Source: Octopus bimaculoides
Taxonomy: Eukaryota
Direction: 5' to 3'
Assembly (NCBI RefSeq): GCF_001194135.2
Contig: NC_068999.1
Location: forward strand, 47,608,035 to 47,672,034
Length of the DNA: 64,000 nt
This document shows, one piece after another, positions 38,301 through 47,700 of this stretch. The notes below the pieces were generated by a model. That model was not told where the DNA came from, ran no database searches, and worked only from the letters and a program-made list of their open reading frames with translations. Made by a program: the position numbers and the translations under genes. The first letter of the stretch is position 1. Every line of letters starts with the position of its first letter.

Positions 38301-40785
38301 GTCTTCCTCCTCCTTCCCCTCCTGGTTCTTCCTTCCGTTGGTTGCCAGAGCACTAGCTTGTCAGCAATTTCGTCGGTGTATCTGATGCAGTGTCCAGCTA
38401 GCCTCATCCTTCTATGCTGTACCTTCAATGTTACTTTTGGTAGTCCCTGGTATAAGTTGGAAGGAGGAAGACGACCTATATCGACAACTTGCTGAAGGAT
38501 ACTGGTGTGGAAGGGGTACAGGAGCTGAGGACCGTTATGGAAGATTGAGATGAATGGGGAAAGCATGTGGAAACAGTCTTGGGGCATCTTGAGGGACAAC
38601 CTAGACAGATAGATAGATAGATGTATTATAATACATGTGGTTACTTGTACAAACTTTTCAACATGTAATGTTTTGCCTTAAAGTTGAGATTGTTTACTTT
38701 TTAAAATGATCCTATTTCTCTTTTTCCAGACACCATTTTCCTTAAATTTACGACTGTGGGATATCTTTATGCTTGAAGGAGAACGGTTGCTTGTGGGTAT
38801 GGCATATAACATTTGCAAAATGCATCGGAGTAAGTTAATCTGTTGTAATTTATAAACGTAGAAAAATTTTGATAATAATTTGTCTTTTTCTTGTTTTCTG
38901 TCATTGGACTGCAGCCATGCTGGGGCATGGCCTTGAAGGGTTTTAGTCAAAGAAGTTGACCCTCGTACTTTTTTTTTTTTTTTGAAGTCTGGTACTTATT
39001 CTTTTGGTCTCTTTTGCCCAAACTGCTAAGTTCTGAGACATAAACAAACCAACATCAGTTGTCAAATGATGGTGGTGGGTACACACATGATGGGTTCCCA
39101 TGCAGTTTCCACCTACCAGCTCCAATCACAAGACTTTGGTCATGTTTGGGTTATAGCAGAAGATACTTGCCCAAGGTGCCACATTGTTTTACATTGTTCC
39201 AGGTTGTAAATTTGTTTCATTTAAACTGTTAGATCTGATTTGTTTGGCTCACAGTGGTTATTTTTAATTCCCTCTTTTATTTTATCAGTCCCTTGTGTCA
39301 GTTTGTAGACTACCTATCTCATGCAGATACACTACCTTTCCAATTAGAATATCATGGAATGCTTCATTTCACTTCTCCCTGCTATTCCCTTCTCTTTTCT
39401 TACATTTACTGCAGTTTACATTTGTCAATTATTTGTCTTTTATTGTTATGATTTTGTCTACCAAGTCGTTGAACATGTTCCCCAGGCTTTGAAAGTTTTA
39501 AAAACACATTCCAGTTTGTCAAACCGTCTAACTCATGCAAGCATAGAAAGCAGATTTTAAATGATGAGGATGATATTAAATAAATGGCCATCTTCATAAT
39601 TAATTAATTGTTCTTCATTCATTTCTCTGCTGCATCATCATCCTCATTTAAACATTGTTGTTACATCTTTATTAGAATGGTCAATAATCTTTACTCCTGA
39701 ACTTCCAAATTTCACATTGTAAATACTATTTTCCTATATTTTCAGGAAAACTTGTTCGAATGCAAATGGATGAAATCCTGAATTTTCTCCATTATCAGTT
39801 AGAGAAGGATTTTGGTTATGATGACGACACAGTCATTGATCAGCTACAGTTAAGTTTAGATGAACTCCGTAAAGGTAAAATGGATGTTGGGCCAAAACCA
39901 AAATCAAACGAGTTTCCAACATTACCATTTGGTTTAGATATCCAACCAAGCATTGAACAATACATCAACAAGAAACCCATTGAATCACTTGATGAACATT
40001 TCCGCAAGAACGTACGAAGCGGGAAGTCCTACGCACGGAAGCGAGCCACGAGCAGTAGTACTACCCCCGAATTATCTCGAAGTCGAGCTGACACGAGGTC
40101 AATGCAGTCAGGTCAATATTCAGAATACTCAACCGATGATCGATCGTCATATTATGATACAGCAACTAACTCTCGGCTGTCTTTGCTTGATTTCAACTCT
40201 AGAACATCAAACCAGAGTTCAAGGACTTCCTTTGCAGATGCTTCTGACATTAGTTTGTCAATTGGAATGGACAGTACCACAAATATAGATGAAGTTGATG
40301 CTGCTTCAGTTGATGCTGGTTCGGCTGAGACAGCTCGCGAGTTTATGATTGGTTCAAAGACTCCTGAAGGCATGATACTTGATAATGAACATAAGACTGC
40401 TGGTGAAAATGTCCAAACCCCTGATTACGATAATCTTTACGACAAAGACAATGAGACAAATAAGGAGACTCAAATGATACCTTCGAGTATTCCCATCAGT
40501 AAGTCAGATGGGTTTATTGTGAATAAAACTCCAGCAACAAAACAAAACCTCACCAACGGATTTGGCCAACAGTCAGATCATTGCGAAAACATGCTCAAAG
40601 TCTCTTCATCAGATCATTATATCAGTGGAGTACAAGAAACATTTCAAGAGCAGAATGGTTTCTTAGAGAAACAAGATTTAAACCTTAGCACTGCCACTGT
40701 TGCACCACCAGCTGTAGTCACTATGCCAGCTAAAGAGGTGTCCACTATCCAAATGTCAAAACCCAGTGTGTATATGTACATGTAA
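17362..40785 (+). CDS. USP6NL: USP6 N-terminal-like protein / RN-tre (TBC-domain Rab GTPase-activating protein), 13 coding exons, about 662 aa
   Basis: Exons 17362-17380, 21366-21439, 25813-25898, 29327-29366, 30454-30534, 31695-31802, 33262-33371, 34539-34653, 35599-35653, 37038-37132, 37660-37725, 38730-38829 and 39746-40785 all have AG/GT boundaries. They join in phase to 1989 nt (663 codons including stop). The peptide contains RN-tre hallmarks: [46 protein letters not shown] (R-finger), YCQGM (Q-finger), [13 protein letters not shown] and [11 protein letters not shown]. The first exon is the least certain. Confidence 0.95.
17560..18400 (-). mobile_element. Decayed RTE-like LINE 3' region
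   Basis: - strand remnant ...[10 protein letters not shown] resembles the RTE G.R.RGRPR..W motif; heavily degraded. Confidence 0.35.
21366..21439 (+). CDS. USP6NL: USP6NL exon ([24 protein letters not shown])
   Basis: tttcag acceptor, AAG|gtgcag donor; matches the RN-tre N-terminal ER.EI..KYD motif. Confidence 0.9.
23365..23769. mobile_element. Tc2/pogo-like MITE with TA TSD
   Basis: ~23-bp TIRs TA-acgtaaatcctcgagtataatcc and ggactatactcgaggatttacgg-TA; AT-rich non-coding interior. Confidence 0.85.
23818..23970. repeat. Diverged tandem repeat, about 44-bp unit x4 with core GGGTGTGGTGAAG
   Basis: Read directly. Confidence 0.75.
24390..25050 (-). mobile_element. Decayed CR1-like LINE 3' region
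   Basis: Purine-rich + strand like the 8530-9540 and 37860-38230 relics; - strand remnant ...SAGTWNSL resembles the CR1 C-terminal WNSL motif. Confidence 0.4.
25360..25573. mobile_element. TTAA-specific MITE family A, nested in a family B MITE (about 25293-25729)
   Basis: TTAA-ccctttagcgttcagattactctg...aaatactaaagggtt. An opposite-orientation copy lies at 21792-22011. Family B (ttaaccctttcgatacc...cagaaatttggtaacaaaagggtt) also occurs at about 16355-16590 and 20303-20520. Confidence 0.75.
25813..25898 (+). CDS. USP6NL: USP6NL exon ([29 protein letters not shown])
   Basis: ttttag acceptor, CA|gtaagt donor; near-identical to the vertebrate [12 protein letters not shown]...TDRFGFLH segment as I recall it. 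Confidence 0.97.
26056..26241. repeat. Minisatellite, about 30-bp unit x6 (cattgctaattttggatgttatagaaaaa)
   Basis: Read directly; lies next to the Tc1 left end. Confidence 0.85.
26367..27876 (-). mobile_element. Tc1-family (DD34E) DNA transposon, near full length, inactive
   Basis: Transposase runs from ATG 27584 ([13 protein letters not shown]..., HTH) to stop 26563 with one frameshift near 27150-27230. FSDES is intact, the second Asp is mutated (FQHNNTRAH), and the Glu of DLNLMEHLW follows 34 intervening residues. Degenerate ~27-bp TIRs at about 26369-26395 and 27849-27874. Confidence 0.9.
29327..29366 (+). CDS. USP6NL: USP6NL exon ([13 protein letters not shown])
   Basis: tttcag acceptor, AAG|gtaagt donor; phase 2 in, phase 0 out, fitting both neighbours. 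Confidence 0.9.
30454..30534 (+). CDS. USP6NL: USP6NL exon ([27 protein letters not shown])
   Basis: tcttag acceptor, AAG|gtaggt donor; KW.KML..W motif preceding the TBC domain. Confidence 0.95.
30905..31230 (-). mobile_element. SINE-like family C representative (ggaagggcatccagctgtagaaac core, (GAT)n tail)
   Basis: Other copies (approximate): - 22995-23230, 29520-29850, 32160-32400; + 1480-1710, 11760-12025, 12590-12810, 32850-33010, 45890-46080. Confidence 0.7.
31695..31802 (+). CDS. USP6NL: USP6NL exon ([36 protein letters not shown])
   Basis: ttctag acceptor, GAG|gtttgg donor; TBC motif A (KGIP..RG.VW). Confidence 0.96.
33262..33371 (+). CDS. USP6NL: USP6NL exon with the catalytic arginine finger ([24 protein letters not shown])
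   Basis: ttccag acceptor, AA|gtaagt donor; IxxDxxR motif. Confidence 0.97.
34539..34653 (+). CDS. USP6NL: USP6NL exon with the glutamine finger ([38 protein letters not shown])
   Basis: ttttag acceptor, GAG|gtaaat donor; YxQ motif. Confidence 0.97.
35599..35653 (+). CDS. USP6NL: USP6NL exon ([18 protein letters not shown])
   Basis: ctttag acceptor, G|gtgagt donor. Confidence 0.95.
35700..36205 (-). mobile_element. R4/Dong-like (restriction-like endonuclease) non-LTR retrotransposon 3' fragment
   Basis: Degenerate peptide [38 protein letters not shown]...[14 protein letters not shown]...[18 protein letters not shown] (stop 35824-35826), then a short 3' UTR and a (TAA)n tract. Confidence 0.8.
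37038..37132 (+). CDS. USP6NL: USP6NL exon ([32 protein letters not shown])
   Basis: ttttag acceptor, TTG|gtaaac donor; part of ORF 37028..37228. Confidence 0.96.
37660..37725 (+). CDS. USP6NL: USP6NL exon ([22 protein letters not shown])
   Basis: tttcag acceptor, AGA|gtaagt donor. Confidence 0.96.
38295..38620. mobile_element. RTE-clade LINE 3' fragment with an inverted 5' part
   Basis: - strand 38295-38460: [53 protein letters not shown]. + strand 38460-38620: [31 protein letters not shown] plus an (AGAT)n tail. ATGTATT flanks both ends. Confidence 0.85.
38730..38829 (+). CDS. USP6NL: USP6NL exon ([33 protein letters not shown])
   Basis: ttccag acceptor, A|gtaagt donor. Confidence 0.96.
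39746..40785 (+). CDS. USP6NL: USP6NL last coding exon (end of the TBC-associated helices plus a Ser/Asp/Thr-rich low-complexity tail)
   Basis: ttttcag acceptor. Contains ORF 39760..40785; the start ([30 protein letters not shown]) matches RN-tre. Stop TAA at 40783-40785. Confidence 0.93.
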
Positions 40786-41179
40786 ACAAATCAGAATATT
40801 TTGTACTTAAAATTTCTTTCACTTCGTCCCTTGAAAGCAATCGTTTAAATATAACAACATGAATTTTAAAGAACTTAACTGAAGAAACAACCAAAGTTTC
40901 AATGTACAAATCTGCTTCCATAAAGACTTTCTATACCCCCAGACCCTATATTTTTCTTTCTTACATTCACACCACCCATCACTCCAACAACATTCTCTTC
41001 TATTTTTTATTATTATTTATCTATGTATTTATTTTTTTCCATATCTCTGCAACAACAACAACTAGCAGATTCTGACAGATCAATGCAGTTGTTAATTCCT
41101 TGTTTGGATTCTTCCTCCTTTTCCTTATCTCAAATACACACACAATCTATATAAATATGGATTTCATACTTTCAGACTC

Positions 41180-41201
41180 TGTGTGTGTGTGTGTGTGCAT
41201 A

Positions 41202-41234
<33 letters not shown>

Positions 41235-41345
41235 GAAGTCTTTCTCACTCTAATATGTGTGTGTGTGTGTGTGTGTGCATATATATGTATATATATATAT
41301 ATATATATGAAGTCTTTCTCACTCTAATATGTATGTGTGTGTGTC
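41180..41345. repeat. Tandem duplication of a compound (TG)n-(TA)n-gaagtctttctcactctaatat unit downstream of the USP6NL stop
   Basis: Two full copies of about 76 bp plus a partial third. Confidence 0.85.
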
Positions 41346-41705
41346 CACTTTGTTTTTGTATATGTCTAATTATCTTGTTCTGCCAGAACCAAAGTAGGAC
41401 AACTGCAGTGCTAATGGACATTGAGACAGAATTGGGGTTCCAGCTGTCTTGTCTTCGGACAACTAGACTGTCCTTTCAATAGTGGCGTGTCAGTTATGGA
41501 GAATTTTTGATTCTTGAAATTATCTCTCATCCTTGTTTGGAACTGGTGCCAACTAGCACCAAACACTTAGTCTTTTGTCTCTGGAAGCAGAGATAATTTC
41601 AATACATCAAGAATCTGTCTAATATACCTTTATTTGTCTTTGTTGTTGAACTACATGCCACTGACTACTGGCTTCTCTAAAGATATTTCAGTTTGCTTGT
41701 TTCTG

Positions 41706-41750
<45 letters not shown>

Positions 41751-42509
41751 CACACACACACATTTGCATATTTGAATAAGTGTGTAGGTGCATATGTATA
41801 TATATATGTGTATATTTATTCTTAGGATTTTATTATATCTTGGTCTTTGATATTTAGTAGACCCTTGGAGATATATATGTATGTGTGTGTGTGTATATGT
41901 TTGTGTGTCTGTGTTAGACCTCCCAACATCACTTGACAACCGATGCTGGTGTATTTATGTCCCGTAACTTAGCAGTTCAGCAAAAGAGACCGATAGAATA
42001 AGTTCTGGGGTTGATTTGTTCAACTAAAGGCAGTGCGCCAGCATGGCCCGAGTCAAATGACTGAAACAAGTAAAAGAATAATATATATATCCAAGGGTCT
42101 AGAGAGAGAGAGAGGCGTGTGTCTGTGTGTATGAACTTATATAAGAATATGTATACCCACGTACATAAAATATTATCTGAAACAACTTATTTGGCCAGAC
42201 TGGTTGAATAAAATGGTAAAGATGAAAGTTAGATTAGTAATAAATTTTTAAAGTTGATAGTACCAAATAATACCTGACTATCTATCTGTCTGTCTGTCTC
42301 TTTACACACATATACATATATGCATGCATATATATGCTATATGCTCACATATATATATATATGCATGTCTGTGTGTGTGTGTTTATATATATAGACACAA
42401 GGATATGCTATATGCATATCTGTGTATATATTTAATGCTCACACACATACATATGCTCACAAATATGTATATGTACATGTATAATGGTATATGCATGTGT
42501 GAGTGAATG

Positions 42510-42544
<35 letters not shown>

Positions 42545-42964
42545 GCAGTTTGCCTCTTTGATTCAATCATGAAGTTATGAAATCTAATTGTTTGTTTTTA
42601 ATTTCTATAACAAACATACATTTGATTGTAATTTGACAATTTGTTAAAAGCTTTGCTTCCTTATTTGTCATCCTCTCCCTCTCCCTTATACTTTTTTATA
42701 AACACATACATTTTCACACACACACATACACCATATACACACACACCTAATGTCTTTATATTACTAAGACATGGTGTATACTCTCTCATACTGTCACATG
42801 TCGATGCCTAGGAGTCATCAGGTTCCAATGACTCATTGATGTGCTGCATTCCTTGTCTGTTGTTAAACAGAGACCAGTATTTGAATTCTTCCAATCTATT
42901 TTGAAATTCATTTCTGATTCTGTTGGTTTGTTGAACTCTGGATTGAATTAATGCTTCATTGTAA

Positions 42965-43003
<39 letters not shown>

Positions 43004-43953
43004 TTTTGTTTTCAAATTAAAATACTTGCTTGTCTCATTTCCTATATTGTCATATTCTATTGTTTTTAATGATTTAATCAAGACAAGGATGCAATAAAAA
43101 ACAATATTATAAAAAAAAAAAACTGTTTTGTTGCCTCTAAAATATCAAACTACTAATTCTGCAATATTCCTCAAATATGATGGTTCCAAAAGAATCAATA
43201 CTCTCACACATATAGTTTCTGCAGTTACGGGTTACTTCTGCATCAAACTTCACTTGAAACCACTCAACAAACTCCCTTAGTCTCCCCACTATATACTCTC
43301 ATGTAATCGTTTTAAACCAAATTGGGCGTTTTTATAGGATTAAAGGTCACTTGGATTGCTACAAATCACATCTTGACACATTGGCTAATATAGTCCCGGT
43401 TACACTATTCCTGAAATAATACCAAACACAATGAATACCTTCTGTCCAAGTTTTACTCAATTAAGGACAATTTGGGGCTTCACAGGCCTAGAGTTTCAGA
43501 CTAACATGATTTTTGTTCTTTGGTAGCAACCGTTATTTTCTATTTGCTTACCCCTAGAAAGTATGAAAAATGGCTAATGTTTCCTTCAAACTTTGCTTTT
43601 GTTACATTTATTCAAATCCCAAAGAATCCCTCTCAATACATGGCTATGATGCTCCCCCACTATTCCTGTTCACAACCAGAGATGTACATATTGTCAACCA
43701 CTAAGGGACATGCTCAAGTGGTTACAGTCAAGCAACCGACAAGCAAATCTGTGGTATTGAGCAGAATATTTGCTATAACGATATTTCTGCTTCAGCAACT
43801 CAGTGCTGAATCTGTCTGAAATGTAATGGGAAATAGGTCAGTTTCAAAACATTGATGTTCAAGTGACAAAAGCAATGTTTGAAGGGAATAGTAGTCATTT
43901 CCTTTGATTTCTGGGTAGAAACAAATAGGAAATAACACTGACCAAAGACAAAA

Positions 43954-43959
43954 AATAAA
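43954..43959 (+). terminator. Candidate distal poly(A) signal for USP6NL (AATAAA followed by GU/U-rich sequence)
   Basis: AATAAA followed by tgttttgttacacagtgt. An alternative AATAAA lies at 43093-43098. Confidence 0.35.
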
Positions 43960-44015
43960 ATGTTTTGTTACACAGTGTAATGAAACCATTAAACTGTTTC
44001 GATGTCTTTGAATGT

Positions 44016-44021
44016 TTTATT
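44016..44021 (-). terminator. Candidate poly(A) signal for TSNAXIP1
   Basis: AATAAA on the - strand about 59 nt after the TAG stop. Confidence 0.55.
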
Positions 44022-44079
44022 TAAGAAGTTAGTACAACAGTATATTTTCTAGTTTCTTTGGAGGAAATTGTTTAACAGC

Positions 44080-44293
44080 CTACCTTTTACATTCCATGAT
44101 ATCAAGGCTATAAACAAAACCAACTTGGTGTAACTTCGTTAATACATTTTCCACTAATACTGGCTGAGCAGTTGCCAGATCCTTTGCCTCTATACTGAGA
44201 CACCAACAACGTAACTTGGTGAGTGAAAGTGGTTTCATACTGCTGATTGTTGACTTTTCAAACCAGGTTGCAATGTCATCTGGATAGATATAT
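44080..44293 (-). CDS. TSNAXIP1: TSNAXIP1 last coding exon (YIYPDDIATWFEK...LTKLHQVGFVYSLDIMECKR*)
   Basis: aatctctag acceptor; open for 71 codons to TAG at 44080-44082; AATAAA (- strand) at 44016-44021 follows. Confidence 0.85.
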
Positions 44294-44728
44294 CTAGAGA
44301 TTTAAAAAGAAACGGGAAACAAATATATAAATATACACATTAACAATGCCTTCTCCAACTATTTTTATTATTATTTGCTATCATTGAAATATATATCTAT
44401 ATGCGTTTATAAACAAATTTACATTAGCATTGAATCTGTATCGTATGATGCAGACAAGTAAGTGATATTTTGAATGCAGTATCACCATTAAAACAGCAGA
44501 AAAATTAGGCATTATTACCCTTAAACAGGGGAAAAAGTTGTCAACAAACAGCCATTGGATATATATATCTATCTACCTATCTCTGTCTGTCTGTATGCAT
44601 TATATATATATATATATATATATATATTNNNNNNNNNNNNNNNNNNNNNNNNNNNNNNNNNNNNNNNNNNNNNNNNNNNNNNNNNNNNNNNNNNNNNNNN
44701 NNNNNNNNNNNNNNNNNNNNNNNNNNNN

Positions 44729-44770
<42 letters not shown>

Positions 44771-47700
44771 AATGAACATGGAAACCATTAAGATTTAGAA
44801 AAATTATCAAAATTTCAACAATAGAAATATTATCTTTAACAGTTGTTGACTTACTTGATGTCAATTATCTTGGAAATATTTTCAATGTAATTCTTCCAAG
44901 CTCTTCTCAGCCACTCTCTAATGGAACTCAAGAATGGACCAATTTCTCCTTCTGCAGACTATTTAGACAACAAAGAGATATTACCATGAAATATCATTGT
45001 ATGACTTGATATTTCTAACATAGTTTAATAACATTGTTATTATTTAGAAATAGCTTCAATTTGATTATGGTTCATATCTGAAAGTATGAAGGTAATATGA
45101 TAAATATTAAGGTACAGAATATTAAAAATAGCCACTTGGACAATAAAGATCAGAATACTCTGCCTGATGACACCCTGAACACATCTGAGAAAACTTAACA
45201 GCAGCTCTGTTACAACCAATTATGTTAAGTGACCAATGATGTTAACTGATACAGTCAGATATGTTAACTAGTCCGTGTTGTAAACTGATACATCCACTTC
45301 TGTTAACTAACCAGTATCATTAATTGATATATTGGTGATATAAAGTGTTAAGTTCGTGTGAGTTATTAGCCAGGAAAAAATAACTAATTTACTTTAAACT
45401 GTAATTTATAAATGATAAATTGATTTCATGAAAAAAAAGAAGCAAAACAATGGATTTGGTATCTCATAGTCCAATTTAACCAATTGTCTTTACAGATCCT
45501 CAGGAAGAAAGGTTTTCTTCATTAACATACATATTCTAGATATGATAGTCTTAGGTATCATTAGATACATATGATAGTTTTAGCTGTCAGTAGGTAGATA
45601 TGATAGTTTATGTTTGAGTTCAAATCACCGAGCTTGACTTTGCCTTTTATCTTTTTGGGGGGCGATGAAAAATGTACCAATCAAGCACTTGGGTTGATGT
45701 AATCAACTATTTCTTCCCCCAAGATTTCAGGCCTTGTGCCTTTAGTAGAAAGGATTATCATCATTATTATTATTAACTGTGTGACACCTTGGGCAAGTGT
45801 CTATTATAGCCCCAGGCCTGCCAAAGCCTAGTGAGTGGATTTCATAGACAGAAGCTGAAACAAACCTGGTGTGTGCGTGTGTGTGTGCATGTAAATGAGT
45901 GTCACTGTTATATAGGCAGTACCATTCATTTCTAATACAGTGCGAGGAAATATCTGGTCATGGAGAAATATTACCTTGCTTAGAAGGAACAGGTAGGGGT
46001 AGTCAACAAGGGCACAGAAAAATCTGCCTAAATAAACTACAACCGATGCACAGAAGCTTGGAAAAGTGGGTACAAAAATGATGATTAACAACCTGTTTTG
46101 ATTGCCTACAAGACGTTTTTATAAATCCCAAGTCATGATAATAAATAAGATGGTTATTTTGAGATGATTGAAGAAGGTTATTTGAGATGATGATTCAAGG
46201 TTATTTGAGATGACTGATGATGGTTATTTTGAAATGATTAAAGATGGTTATTTTGAGATGACTGATGATGGTTATTTTGAAATGATTAAAGATGGTTATT
46301 TTGAGATGATTGAACAGCACAATTAGTGTAATAAAAGTTTTATAACAATATTATTATTGGTAATGGCAATTATTTACCTCATGTAGCAATTTTTCTACAT
46401 GAATTTTTTCACTTTCTAATTGTGTAGTAGCTTTTTCAACTAATGATGCAATAAAATCTGATTTTGTTCCTTTCAAAAAATCTTCTAAAAGTGTGTGGAA
46501 TTCTGTTTTGGTGATATATTTCGTTTCAGTCTTATGATTTATACGACAATGGTTCTCCAAATTTTTTGTGAATATTTCTTGACAATGGTAGACACTTTCT
46601 TCCAGCTGTTGAAATAGATTTACATTAAACTTGATTAGGAATGTAACAGTTAAAGAACATCAGAAGTCACCAATTTGTAATGGTTAAGTGTAAGATCTAA
46701 TTTAACAGTTTATAAATATTGAAGATCACCAATCATAACAATCATATAACAATAATATGCAGCGAATAAATGAGAGAAGATATAAATTGTTAGTTGAAAT
46801 GATCCTTAATATATTGTTGTCATCATTACAAAGTAAGTTACAATTACTTTGAGTTAGTGAGTTGTAGATAGTTAGGTTCATCCATGGGTAACTATTAGAG
46901 AGAGAAAAGGTAACAGAGTTTAGTCAAATAGAAAATGTAAAGCCTTGACCCATGTTTGACTCAAATAAGGCTAAGAGGTCAGTTTACGCTCATAAATTTC
47001 TTAGTGCAACAAGTGAGAACAATAGAAAAATGTAGATTTGGGTTCAAATTCTGGCTTAGAAATTTGGAAGCTATTTTTTATAGGACGTAATAAATTTTCT
47101 TTATAATTTTAGAAAATATTTCCAATATCTGATAATTAAGTCCATTAGACTTCCACTAAAAGAAGTCTGTTCTATATAAATGCACACACATATATTTATG
47201 TATGTATATATATCTATGCGTATGTCTTTGTGTCTACCAATATGTTTGTTCTCCACCATCACTTGACAACCAGTGTTGGTTTGTTTACATCCCTGTAACT
47301 TAGCAGTTTAGCAACAGAAACCAATATAATGGGTACCAGGCTCTAAAAAAAAAAAAAAAAAAGGGGAAGTACCAGGGTCAACTTGTTCAACTAAACCCTT
47401 CAAAGTGGTGCCCCAGCATGACCACAGTCCAGTGACTGAAGCAAGTAAAAGATAAAAGATGGTTTGTAAATAACCACTACTATACCTCTTCGTTAAGTAT
47501 TTTCCAGAAAAGCTTGATGTAATTGTTAATTGGTGAGAGTTGTTTTAGTGTGAAGTAGAATGTATAAGACCATTCGATCCTCAAAGTTTCATCTGGGTAT
47601 TGCTTCGTCATGTAAGCCTCAAGAAATTCCGTGAGGCTGCTCTCCTATAAAAACTCACAAAAAAGGATTTACTTGGATTTGAATCCATAATATTTCTACC

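Noticed and set aside
41388-41482. Possible additional USP6NL terminal exon after a tgccag acceptor
   Set aside because: No convincing upstream donor is needed, the 39746 exon already reaches a stop, and the peptide has no RN-tre similarity.
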